Shown here piece after piece: positions 1-12,812 of a stretch of DNA of 64,000 nt. Source of the stretch: the human T2T-CHM13v2.0 reference genome, Homo sapiens; NCBI RefSeq assembly GCF_009914755.1, contig NC_060925.1, one strand, 5' to 3'. Within the stretch, counting starts at the first letter, position 1, and each line of letters starts with the position of its first letter. The notes beneath the pieces are model-generated. The model saw only the letters and a list, made by a program, of their open reading frames with translations, was not told where the DNA came from and searched no databases. The translations under genes and the position numbers were made by a program.

Positions 1-166
1 TAGAAAAGGAAGCTATCTTCATATAAAGACTAGACAGAATGATTCTCAGAAAATCTTTTGTGATGTGTGCGTTCAACTCACAGAGTTTAACTTTTCTTCT
101 CATAGAGCAGTTAGGAAACACTCTGTTTGTAAAGTCTGCAAGTGGATATTCAGACCTCTTTGAGGC

Positions 167-183
167 CTTCGTTGGAAACGGGA
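167..183 (+). promoter_or_regulatory. CENP-B box (first example; recurs every ~340 bp, roughly 188 positions in the window)
   Basis: CTTCGTTGGAAACGGGA matches the canonical 17-bp box (core nTTCGnnnnAnnCGGGn). Next copies at 507, 847, 1187, 1527 (ends GGGT), 1866, 2207. Confidence 0.97.
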
Positions 184-200
184 TTTCTTCATATTATGCT

Positions 201-2240
201 AGACAGAATAATTCTCAGTAACTTCCTTGTGTTGTGTGTATTCAACTCACAGAGTTGAAGGATCCTTTACAGAGAGCAGGCTTGAAACACTCTTTTTGTC
301 GAATTTGCAAGTGGAGATTTCAGCCGCTTTGAGGTCAATGGTAGAATAGGAAATATCTTCTTATAGAAACTAGACAGAATGATTCTCATAAACTCCTTTG
401 TGATGTGTGCGTTCAACTCACAGAGTTTAACCTTTCTTTTCATAGAGCAGTTAGGAAACACTCTGTTTGAAAAGTCTGCAAGTGGATATTCAGACCTCCT
501 TGAGGCCTTCGTTGGAAACGGGATTTCTTCATATTCTGCTAGACAGAAGAATTCTCAGTAACTTCCTTGTGTTGTGTTTATTCAACTCACAGAGTTGAAT
601 GATCCTTTACACAGAGCAGACTTGAAACACTCTTTTTGTGGAATTTGCAAGTGGAGATTTCAGCCGCTTTGAGGTCAATGGTAGAAAAGTAAATATCTTC
701 GTATAAAGACTAGACAGAATGATTCTCAGAAACTCCTTTGTGATGTGTGCGTTCAACTCACAGAGTTTAACCTTTCTGTTCATAGAGCAGTTAGGAAACA
801 CTCTGTTTGTAAAGTCTGCAAGTGGATATTCAGACCTCCTTGAGGCCTTCGTTGGAAACGGGATTTCTTCATATTCTGCTAGACAGAAGAATTCTCAGTA
901 ACTTCCTTGTGTTGTGTGTATTCAACTCACAGAGTTGAACGATCCTTTACACAGAGCAGACTTGAAACACTCTTTTTGTGGAATTTGCAAGTGGAAATTT
1001 CAGCCGCTTTGAGGTCAATAGTAGAAAAGGAAATATCTTCGTAGAAAAACTAGACAGAATGATTCTCAGAAACTCCTTTGTGATGTGTGTGTTCAACTCA
1101 CAGAGTTTAACCTTTCTTTTCATAGAGCAGTTAGTAAACACTCTGTTTATAAAGTCTGCAAGTGGATATTCAGACCCCTTTGAGGCCTTCGTTGGAAACG
1201 GGATTTCTTCATATTATGCTAGACAGAAGAATTCTCAGTAACTTCCTTGTGTTGTGTGTATTCAACTGACAGAGTTGAACTTTCATTTGGAGAGAGCAGA
1301 TTTGAAACACTGTTTTTGTGGAATTTGCAAGTGGAGATTTCAAGCGCTTTGGGGCCAAAGGCAGAAAAGGAAATATCTTCGTATAAAAACTAGACAGAAT
1401 CATTCTCAGAAACTGCTGCGTGATGTGTGCGTTCAACTCTCAGAGTTTAACCTTTCTTTTCATTCAGCGGTTTGGAAACACTCTGTTTGTAAAGTCTGCA
1501 CGTGGATATTTTGACCACTTAGAGGCCTTCGTTGGAAACGGGTTTTTTTCATGTAAGGCTAGACAGAAGAATTCCCAGTAACTTCCTTGTGTTGTGTGCA
1601 TTCAACTCACAGAGTTGAACGTTCCCTTAGACAGAGCAGATTTGAAACACTCTATTTGTGCAATTTGCAAGTGTAGATTTCAAGCGCTTTAAGGTCAACG
1701 GCAGAAAAGGAAATATCTTCGTTTCAAAACTAGACAGAATCATTCCCACAAACTGCGTTGTGATGTGTTCGTTCAACTCACAGAGTTTAACCTTTCTGTT
1801 CATAGAGCAGTTAGGAAACACTCTGTTTGTAAAGTCTGTAAGTGGATATTCTGATATCTTGTGGCCTTCGTTGGAAACGGGATTTCTTCATATTCTGCTA
1901 GACAGAAGAATTCTCAGTAACTTCCTTGTGTTGTGTGTATTCAACTCACAGAGTTGAACGATCCTTTACACAGAGCAGACTTGAAACACTCTTTTTGTGG
2001 AATTTGCAAGTGGAGATTTCAGCCGCTTTGAGGTCAATGGTAGAAAAGGAAACTATCTTCATATAAAGACTAGACAGAATGATTCTCAGAAAATCTTTTG
2101 TGATGTGTGCGTTCAACTCACAGAGTTTAACTTTTCTTCTCATAGAGCAGTTAGGAAACACTCTGTTTGTAAAGTCTGCAAGTGGATATTCAGACCTGTT
2201 TGAGGCCTTCGTTGGAAACGGGATTTCTTCATATTATGCT
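201..2240 (+). repeat. Representative 12-mer HOR unit (2040 bp; dimers B-C-E-F-G-A)
   Basis: The F marker recurs at exactly 2040-bp spacing (ORF starts 1254, 3294, 5334, 7374), with one BamHI site per unit (260, 2300, 4340, 6380). Confidence 0.93.
241..259. other. Short dyad (hairpin/cruciform-capable) TTCAACTC-aca-GAGTTGAA, once per dimer
   Basis: Perfect 8-bp inverted repeat with a 3-nt loop. The partner monomer has a one-mismatch version (gttcaactc-aca-gagtttaac). Actual structure formation is not shown. Confidence 0.8.
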
Positions 2241-5200
2241 AGACAGAATAATTCTCAGTAACTTCCTTGTGTTGTGTGTATTCAACTCACAGAGTTGAAG
2301 GATCCTTTACAGAGAGCAGGCTTGAAACACTCTTTTTGTCGAATTTGCAAGTGGAGATTTCAGCCGCTTTGAGGTCAATGGTAGAATAGGAAATATCTTC
2401 TTATAGAAACTAGACAAAATGATTCTCATGAACTCCTTTGTGATGTGTGCGTTCAACTCACAGAGTTTAACCTTTCTTTTCATAGAGCAGTTAGGAAACA
2501 CTCTGTTTGTAAAGTCTGCAAGTGGATATTCAGACCTCCTTGAGGCCTTCGTTGGAAACGGGATTTCTTCATATTCTGCTAGACAGAAGAATTCTCAGTA
2601 ACTTCCTTGTGTTGTGTGTATTCAACTCACAGAGTTGAACGATCCTTTACACAGAGCAGACTTGAAACATTCTTTTTGTGGAATTTGCAAGTGGAGATTT
2701 CAGCCGCTTTGAGGTCAATGGTAGAATAGGAAATATCTTCCTATAGAAACTAGACAGAACGATTCTCAGAAACTCCTTTGTGATGTGTGCGTTCAACTCA
2801 CAGAGTTTAACCTTTCTTTTCATAGAGCAGTTAGGAAACACTCTGTTTGTAAAGTCTGCAAGTGGATATTCAGACCTCTTTGAGGCCTTCGTTGGAAACG
2901 GGATTTCTTCCTATTCTGCTAGACAGAAGAATTCTCAGTAACTTCCTTGTGTTGTGTGTATTCAACTCACAGAGTTGAACGATCCTTTACACAGAGCAGA
3001 CTTGAAACACTCTTTTTGTGGAATTTGCAAGTGGAGATTTCAGCCGCTTTGAGGTCAATAGTAGAAAAGGAAATATCTTCGTAGAAAAACTAGACAGAAT
3101 GATTCTCAGAAACTCCTTTGTGATGTGTGTGTTCAACTCACAGAGTTTAACCTTTCTTTTCATAGAGCAGTTAGTAAACACTCTGTTTATAAAGTCTGCA
3201 AGTGGATATTCAGACCCCTTTGAGGCCTTCGTTGGAAACGGGATTTCTTCATATTATGCTAGACAGAAGAATTCTCAGTAACTTCCTTGTGTTGTGTGTA
3301 TTCAACTGACAGAGTTGAACTTTCATTTGGAGAGAGCAGATTTGAAACACTGTTTTTGTGGAATTTGCAAGTGGAGATTTCCAGCGCTTTGGGGCCAAAG
3401 GCAGAAAAGGAAATATCTTCGTATAAAAACTAGACAGAATCATTCTCAGAAACTGCTGCGTGATGTGTGCGTTCAACTCTCAGAGTTTAACTTTTCTTTT
3501 CATTCAGCGGTTTGGAAACACTCTGTTTGTAAAGTCTGCACGTGGATATTTTGACCACTTAGAGGCCTTCGTTGGAAACGGGTTTTTTTCATGTAAGGCT
3601 AGACAGAAGAATTCCCAGTAACTTCCTTGTGTTGTGTGCATTCAACTCACAGAGTTGAACGTTCCCTTAGACAGAGCAGATTTGAAACACTCTATTTGTG
3701 CAATTTCCAAGTGTAGATTTCAAGCGCTTTAAGGTCAACGGCAGAAAAGGAAATATCTTCGTTTCAAAACTAGACAGAATCATTCCCACAAACTGCATTG
3801 TGATGTGTTCGTTCAACTCACAGAGTTTAACCTTTCTGTTCATAGAGCAGTTAGGAAACACTCTGTTTGTAAAGTCTGTAAGTGGATATTCTGACATCTT
3901 GTGGCCTTCGTTGGAAACGGGATTTCTTCATATTCTGCTAGACAGAAGAATTCTCAGTAACTTCCTTGTGTTGTGTGTATTCAACTCACAGAGTTGAACG
4001 ATCCTTTACACAGAGCAGACTTGAAACACTCTTTTTGTGGAATTTGCAAGTGGAGATTTCAGCCGCTTTGATGTCAATGGTAGAAAAGGAAACTATCTTC
4101 ATATAAAGACTAGACAGAATGATTCTCAGAAAATCTTTTGTGATGTGTGCGTTTAACTCACAGAGTTTAACTTTTCTTCTCATAGAGCAGTTAGGAAACA
4201 CTCTGTTTGTAAAGTCTGCAAGTGGATATTCAGACCTCTTTGAGGCCTTCGTTGGAAACGGGATTTCTTCATATTATGCTAGACAGAATAATTCTCAGTA
4301 ACTTCCTTGTGTTGTGTGTATTCAACTCACAGAGTTGAAGGATCCTTTACAGAGAGCAGGCTTGAAACACTCTTTTTGTCGAATTTGCAAGTGGAGATTT
4401 CAGCCGCTTTGAGGTCAATGGTAGAATAGGAAATATCTTCTTATAGAAACTAGACAGAATGATTCTCATAAACTCCTTTGTGATGTGTGCGTTCAACTCA
4501 CAGAGTTTAACCTTTCTTTTCATAGAGCAGTTAGGAAACACTCTGTTTGAAAAGTCTGCAAGTGGATATTCAGACCTCCTTGAGGCCTTCGTTGGAAACG
4601 GGATTTCTTCATATTCTGCTAGACAGAAGAATTCTCAGTAACTTCCTTGTGTTGTGTTTATTCAACTCACAGAGTTGAATGATCCTTTACACAGAGCAGA
4701 CTTGAAACACTCTTTTTGTGGAATTTGCAAGTGGAGATTTCAGCCGCTTTGAGGTCAATGGTAGAAAAGTAAATATCTTCGTATAAAGACTAGACAGAAT
4801 GATTCTCAGAAACTCCTTTGTGATGTGTGCGTTCAACTCACAGAGTTTAACCTTTCTGTTCATAGAGCAGTTAGGAAACACTCTGTTTGTAAAGTCTGCA
4901 AGTGGATATTCAGACCTCCTTGAGGCCTTCGTTGGAAACGGGATTTCTTCATATTCTGCTAGACAGAAGAATTCTCAGTAACTTCCTTGTGTTGTGTGTA
5001 TTCAACTCACAGAGTTGAACGATCCTTTACACAGAGCAGACTTGAAACACTCTTTTTGTGGAATTTGCAAGTGGAGATTTCAGCCGCTTTGAGGTCAATA
5101 GTAGAAAAGGAAATAGCTTCGTAGAAACACTAGACAGAATGATTCTCAGAAACTCCTTTGTGATGTGTGTGTTCAACTCACAGAGTTTAACCTTTCTTTT

Positions 5201-8039
5201 CATAGAGCAGTTAGTAAACACTCTGTTTATAAAGTCTGCAAGTGGATATTCAGACCCCTTTGAGGCCTTCGTTGGAAACGGGATTTCTTCATATTATGCT
5301 AGACAGAAGAATTCTCAGTAACTTCCTTGTGTTGTGTGTATTCAACTGACAGAGTTGAACTTTCATTTGGAGAGAGCAGATTTGAAACACTGTTTTTGTG
5401 GAATTTGCAAGTGGAGATTTCAAGCGCTTTGGGGCCAAAGGCAGAAAAGGAACTATCTTCGTATAAAAACTAGACAGAATCATTCTCAGAAACTGCTGCG
5501 TGATGTGTGCGTTCAACTCTCAGAGTTTAACCTTTCTTTTCATTCAGCGGTTTGGAAACACTCTGTTTGTAAAGTCTGCACGTGGATATTTTGACCACTT
5601 AGAGGCCTTCGTTGGAAACGGGTTTTTTTCATGTAAGGCTAGACAGAAGAATTCCCAGTAACTTCCTTGTGTTGTGTGCATTCAACTCACAGAGTTGAAC
5701 GTTCCCTTAGACAGAGCAGATTTGAAACACTCTATTTGTGCAATTTGCAAGTGTAGATTTCAAGCGCTTTAAGGTCAACGGCAGAAAAGGAAATATCTTC
5801 GTTTCAAAACTAGACAGAATCATTCCCACAAACTGCGTTGTGATGTGTTCGTTCAACTCACAGAGTTTAACCTTTCTGTTCATAGAGCAGTTAGGAAACA
5901 CTCTGTTTGTAAAGTCTGTAAGTGGATATTCTGATATCTTGTGGCCTTCGTTGGAAACGGGATTTCTTCATATGCTGCTAGACAGAAGAATTCTCAGTAA
6001 CTTCCTTGTGTTGTGTGTATTCAACTCACAGAGTTGAACGATCCTTTACACAGAGCAGACTTGAAACACTCTTTTTGTGGAATTTGCAAGTGGAGATTTC
6101 AGCCGCTTTGAGGTCAATGGTAGAAAAGGAAACTATCTTCATATAAAGACTAGACAGAATGATTCTCAGAAAATCTTTTGTGATGTGTGCGTTCAACTCA
6201 CAGAGTTTAACTTTTCTTCTCATAGAGCAGTTAGGAAACACTCTGTTTGTAAAGTCTGCAAGTGGATATTCAGACCTGTTTGAGGCCTTCGTTGGAAACG
6301 GGATTTCTTCATATTATGCTAGACAGAATAATTCTCAGTAACTTCCTTGTGTTGTGTGTATTCAACTCACAGAGTTGAAGGATCCTTTACAGAGAGCAGG
6401 CTTGAAACACTCTTTTTGTCGAATTTGCAAGTGGAGATTTCAGCCGATTTGAGGTCAATGGTAGAATAGGAAATATCTTCTTATAGAAACTAGACAAAAT
6501 GATTCTCATGAACTCCTTTGTGATGTGTGCGTTCAACTCACAGAGTTTAACCTTTCTTTTCATAGAGCAGTTAGGAAACACTCTGTTTGTAAAGTCTGCA
6601 AGTGGATATTCAGACCTCCTTGAGGCCTTCGTTGGAAACGGGATTTCTTCATATTCTGCTAGACAGAAGAATTCTCAGTAACTTCCTTGTGTTGTGTGTA
6701 TTCAACTCACAGAGTTGAACGATCCTTTACACAGAGCAGACTTGAAACATTCTTTTTGTGGAATTTGCAAGTGGAGATTTCAGCCTCTTTGAGGTCAATG
6801 GTAGAATAGGAAATATCTTCCTATAGAAACTAGACAGAACGATTCTCAGAAACTCCTTTGTGATGTGTGCGTTCAACTCACAGAGTTTAACCTTTCTTTT
6901 CATAGAGCAGTTAGGAAACACTCTGTTTGTAAAGTCTGCAAGTGGATATTCAGACCTCTTTGAGGCCTTCGTTGGAAACGCGATTTCTTCCTATTCTGCT
7001 AGACAGAAGAATTCTCAGTAACTTCCTTGTGTTGTGTGTATTCAACTCACAGAGTTGAACGATCCTTTACACAGAGCAGACTTGAAACACTCTTTTTGTG
7101 GAATTTGCAAGTGGAGATTTCAGCCGCTTTGAGGTCAATAGTAGAAAAGGAAATATCTTCGTAGAAAAACTAGACAGAATGATTCTCAGAAACTCCTTTG
7201 TGATGTGTGTGTTCAACTCACAGAGTTTAACCTTTCTTTTCATAGAGCAGTTAGTAAACACTCTGTTTATAAAGTCTGCAAGTGGATATTCAGACCCCTT
7301 TGAGGCCTTCGTTGGAAACGGGATTTCTTCATATTATGCTAGACAGAAGAATTCTCAGTAACTTCCTTGTGTTGTGTGTATTCAACTGACAGAGTTGAAC
7401 TTTCATTTGGAGAGAGCAGATTTGAAACACTGTTTTTGTGGAATTTGCAAGTGGAGATTTCAAGCGCTTTGGGGCCAAAGGCAGAAAAGGAAATATCTTC
7501 GTATAAAAACTAGACAGAATCATTCTCAGAAACTGCTGCGTGATGTGTGCGTTCAACTCTCAGAGTTTAACTTTTCTTTTCATTCAGCGGTTTGGAAACA
7601 CTCTGTTTGTAAAGTCTGCACGTGGATATTTTGACCACTTAGAGGCCTTCGTTGGAAACGGGTTTTTTTCATGTAAGGCTAGACAGAAGAATTCCCAGTA
7701 ACTTCCTTGTGTTGTGTGCATTCAACTCACAGAGTTGAACGTTCCCTTAGACAGAGCAGATTTGAAACACTCTATTTGTGCAATTTGCAAGTGTAGATTT
7801 CAAGCGCTTTAAGGTCAACGGCAGAAAAGGAAATATCTTCGTTTCAAAACTAGACAGAATCATTCCCACAAACTGCGTTGTGATGTGTACGTTCAACTCA
7901 CAGAGTTTAACCTTTCTGTTCATAGAGCAGTTAGGAAACACTCTGTTTGTAAAGTCTGTAAGTGGATATTCTGACATCTTGTGGCCTTCGTTGGAAACGG
8001 GATTTCTTCATATTCTGCTAGACAGAAGAATTCTCAGTA

Positions 8040-9400
8040 ACTTCCTTGTGTTGTGTGTATTCAACTCACAGAGTTGAAGGATCCTTTACAGAGAGGAGGC
8101 TTGAAACCCTCTTTTTGTCGAATTTGCAAGTGGAGATTTCAGCCGCTTTGAGGTCAATGGTAGAATAGGAAATTTCTTCTTATAGAAACTAGACAAAATG
8201 ATTCTCATGAACTCCTTTGTGATGTGTGCGTTCAACTCACAGAGTTTAACCTTTCTTTTCATAGAGCAGTTAGGAAACACTCTGTTTGTAAAGTCTGCAA
8301 GTGGATATTCAGACCCCTTTGAGGCCTTCGTTGGAAACGGGATTTCTTCATATTCTGCTAGACAGAAGAATTCTCAGTAACTTCCTTGTGTTGTGTTTAT
8401 TCAACTCACAGAGTTGAATGATCCTTTACACAGAGCAGACTTGAAACACTCTTTTTGTGGAATTTGCAAGTGGAGATTTCAGCCGCTTTGAGGTCAATGG
8501 TAGAAAAGTAAATATCTTCGTATAAAGACTAGACAGAATGATTCTCAGAAACTCCTTTGTGATGTGTGCGTTCAACTCACAGAGTTTAACCTTTCTGTTC
8601 ATAGAGCAGTTAGGAAACACTCTGTTTGTAAAGTCTGCAAGTGGATATTCAGACCTCCTTGAGGCCTTCTTTGGAAACGGGGTTTCTTCATATTCTGTTA
8701 GACAGAAGAATTCTCAGTAACTTCCTTGTGTTGTGTGTATTCAACTCACAGAGTTGAACGATCCTTTACACAGAGCAGACTTGAAACACTCTTTTTGTGG
8801 AATTTGCAAGTGGAGATTTCAGCTGCTTTGAGGTCAATGGTAGAAAAGGAAATATCCTCGTATAAAGACTAGACAGAACGATTCTCAGAAACTCCTTTGT
8901 GATGTGTGCGTTCAACTCACAGAGTTTAACTTTTCTTTTCATAGAGCAGTTAGTAAACACTCTGTTTATAAAGTCTGCAAGTGGATATTCAGACCCCTTT
9001 GAGGCCTTCGTTGGAAACAGGATTTCTTCATATTATGCTAGACAGAAGAATTCTCAGTAACTTCCTTGTGTTGTGTGTATTCAACTGACAGAGTTGAACT
9101 TTCATTTAGAGAGAGCAGATTTGAAACACTGTTTTTGTGGAATTTGTAAGTGGAGATTTCAAGCGCTTTGGGGCCAAAGGCAGAAAAGGAAATATCTTCG
9201 TATAAAAACTAGACAGAATCATTCTCAGAAACTGCTGCGTGATGTGTGCATTCAACTCTCAGAGTTTAACTTTTCTTTTCATTCAGCGGTTTGGAAACAC
9301 TATGTTTGTAAAGTCTGCACGTGGATATTTTGACCACTTAGAGGCCTTCGTTGGAAACGGGATTTTTTCATGTAAGGCTAGACAGAAGAATTCCCAGTAA
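8040..9400 (+). repeat. Diverged part of a 10-mer HOR variant (A dimer absent; F spacing 1699 bp)
   Basis: G is followed directly by B' at ~8080. Many private SNVs and two adjacent mutated CENP-B boxes (8666, 9006). Confidence 0.85.
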
Positions 9401-11112
9401 CTTCCTTGTGTTGTGTGCATTCAACTCACAGAGTTGAACGTTCCCTTAGACAGAGCAGATTTGAAACACTCTATTTGTGCAATTTCCAAGTGTAGATTTC
9501 AAGCGCTTTAAGGTCAACGGCAGAAAAGGAAATATCTTCGTTTCAAAACTAGACAGAATCATTCCCACAAACTGCGTTGTGATGTGTTCGTTCAACTCAC
9601 AGAGTTTAACCTTTCTGTTCATAGAGCAGTTAGGAAACACTCTGTTTGTAAAGTCTGTAAGTGGATATTCTGACATCTTGTGGCCTTCGTTGGAAACGGG
9701 ATTTCTTCATATTCTGCTAGACAGAAGAATTCTCAGTAACTTCCTTGTGTTGTGTGTATTCAACTCACAGAGTTGAACGATCCTTTACACAGAGCAGACT
9801 TGAAACACTCTTTTTGTGGAATTTGCAAGTGGAGATTTCAGCCGCTTTGAGGTCAATGGTAGAAAAGGAAGCTATCTTCATATAAAGACTAGACAGAATG
9901 ATTCTCAGAAAATCTTTTGTGATGTGTGCGTTCAACTCACAGAGTTTAACTTTTCTTCTCATAGAGCAGTTAGGAAACACTCTGTTTGTAAAGTCTGCAA
10001 GTGGATATTCAGACCTCTTTGAGGCCTTCGTTGGAAACGGGATTTCTTCATATTATGCTAGACAGAAGAATTCTCAGTAACTTCCTTGTGTTGTGTGTAT
10101 TCAACTCACAGAGTTGAAGGATCCTTTACAGAGAGCAGGCTTGAAACACTCTTTTTGTCGAATTTGCAAGTGGAGATTTCAGCCGCTTTGAGGTCAATGG
10201 TAGAATAGGAAATATCTTCTTATAGAAACTAGACAGAATGATTCTCATAAACTCCTTTGTGATGTGTGCGTTCAACTCACAGAGTTTAACCTTTCTTTTC
10301 ATAGAGCAGTTAGGAAACACTCTGTTTGAAAAGTCTGCAAGTGGATATTCAGACCTCCTTGAGGCCTTCGTTGGAAACGGGATTTCTTCATATTCTGCTA
10401 GACAGAAGAATTCTCAGTAACTTCCTTGTGTTGTGTTTATTCAACTCACAGAGTTGAATGATCCTTTACACAGAGCAGACTTGAAACACTCTTTTTGTGG
10501 AATTTGCAAGTGGAGATTTCAGCCGCTTTGAGGTCAATGGTAGAAAAGTAAATATCTTCGTATAAAGACTAGACAGAATGATTCTCAGAAACTCCTTTGT
10601 GATGTGTGCGTTCAACTCACAGAGTTTAACCTTTCTGTTCATAGAGCAGTTAGGAAACACTCTGTTTGTAAAGTCTGCAAGTGGATATTCAGACCTCCTT
10701 GAGGCCTTCGTTGGAAACGGGATTTCTTCATATTCTGCTAGACAGAAGAATTCTCAGTAACTTCCTTGTGTTGTGTGTATTCAACTCACAGAGTTGAACG
10801 ATCCTTTACACAGAGCAGACTTGAAACACTCTTTTTGTGGAATTTGCAAGTGGAGATTTCAGCCGCTTTGAGGTCAATAGTAGAAAAGGAAATATCTTCG
10901 TAGAAAAACTAGACAGAATGATTCTCAGAAACTCCTTTGTGATGTGTGTGTTCAACTCACAGAGTTTAACCTTTCTTTTCATAGAGCAGTTAGTAAACAC
11001 TCTGTTTATAAAGTCTGCAAGTGGATATTCAGACCCCTTTGAGGCCTTCGTTGGAAACGGGATTTCTTCATATTATGCTAGACAGAAGAATTCTCAGTAA
11101 CTTCCTTGTGTT

Positions 11113-12812
11113 GTGTGTATTCAACTGACAGAGTTGAACTTTCATTTGGAGAGAGCAGATTTGAAACACTGTTTTTGTGGAATTTGCAAGTGGAGATTTC
11201 AAGCGCTTTGGGGCCAAAGGCAGAAAAGGAAATATCTTCGTATAAAAACTAGACAGAATCATTCTCAGAAACTGCTGCGTGATGTGTGCGTTCAACTCTC
11301 AGAGTTTAACCTTTCTTTTCATTCAGCGGTTTGGAAACACTCTGTTTGTAAAGTCTGCACGTGGATATTTTGACCACTTAGAGGCCTTCGTTGGAAACGG
11401 GTTTTTTTCATGTAAGGCTAGACAGAAGAATTCCCAGTAACTTCCTTGTGTTGTGTGCATTCAACTCACAGAGTTGAACGTTCCCTTAGACAGAGCAGAT
11501 TTGAAACACTCTATTTGTGCAATTTGCAAGTGTAGATTTCAAGCGCTTTAAGGTCAACGGCAGAAAAGGAAATATCTTCGTTTCAAAACTAGACAGAATC
11601 ATTCCCACAAACTGCGTTGTGATGTGTTCGTTCAACTCACAGAGTTTAACCTTTCTGTTCATAGAGCAGTTAGGAAACACTCTGTTTGTAAAGTCTGTAA
11701 GTGGATATTCTGATATCTTGTGGCCTTCGTTGGAAACGGGATTTCTTCATATTCTGCTAGACAGAAGAATTCTCAGTAACTTCCTTGTGTTGTGTGTATT
11801 CAACTCACAGAGTTGAACGATCCTTTACACAGAGCAGACTTGAAACACTCTTTTTGTGGAATTTGCAAGTGGAGATTTCAGCCGCTTTGAGGTCAATGGT
11901 AGAAAAGGAAACTATCTTCATATAAAGACTAGACAGAATGATTCTCAGAAAATCTTTTGTGATGTGTGCGTTCAACTCACAGAGTTTAACTTTTCTTCTC
12001 ATAGAGCAGTTAGGAAACACTCTGTTTGTAAAGTCTGCAAGTGGATATTCAGACCTGTTTGAGGCCTTCGTTGGAAACGGGATTTCTTCATATTCTGCTA
12101 GACAGAATAATTCTCAGTAACTTCCTTGTGTTGTGTGTATTCAACTCACAGAGTTGAAGGATCCTTTACAGAGAGCAGGCTTGAAACACTCTTTTTGTCG
12201 AATTTGCAAGTGGAGATTTCAGCCGCTTTGAGGTCAATGGTAGAATAGGAAATATCTTCTTATAGAAACTAGACAAAATGATTCTCATGAACTCCTTTGT
12301 GATGTGTGCGTTCAACTCACAGAGTTTAACCTTTCTTTTCATAGAGCAGTTAGGAAACACTCTGTTTGTAAAGTCTGCAAGTGGATATTCAGACCTCTTT
12401 GAGGCCTTCGTTGGAAACGGGATTTCTTCCTATTCTGCTAGACAGAAGAATTCTCAGTAACTTCCTTGTGTTGTGTGTATTCAACTCACAGAGTTGAACG
12501 ATCCTTTACACAGAGCAGACTTGAAACACTCTTTTTGTGGAATTTGCAAGTGGAGATTTCAGCCGCTTTGAGGTCAATAGTAGAAAAGGAAATATCTTCG
12601 TAGAAAAACTAGACAGAATGATTCTCAGAAACTCCTTTGTGATGTGTGTGTTCAACTCACAGAGTTTAACCTTTCTTTTCATAGAGCAGTTAGTAAACAC
12701 TCTGTTTATAAAGTCTGCAAGTGGATATTCAGACCCCTTTGAGGCCTTCGTTGGAAACGGGATTTCTTCATATTATGCTAGACAGAAGAATTCTCAGTAA
12801 CTTCCTTGTGTT
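11113..12812 (+). repeat. 10-mer HOR variant (B'/D hybrid, one dimer deleted; 1700 bp)
   Basis: B' head (acaaaatgattctcatg, ~12273) is joined to a D tail (cagacctcttt...ttcttcctatt, 12390-12435), then E. Confidence 0.85.

Noticed and set aside
241-259. Hairpin as a rho-independent terminator or structured ncRNA
   Set aside because: It is an AT-rich satellite dyad with no U-tract and no gene context. Alpha-satellite transcription exists in general but cannot be shown from sequence alone.
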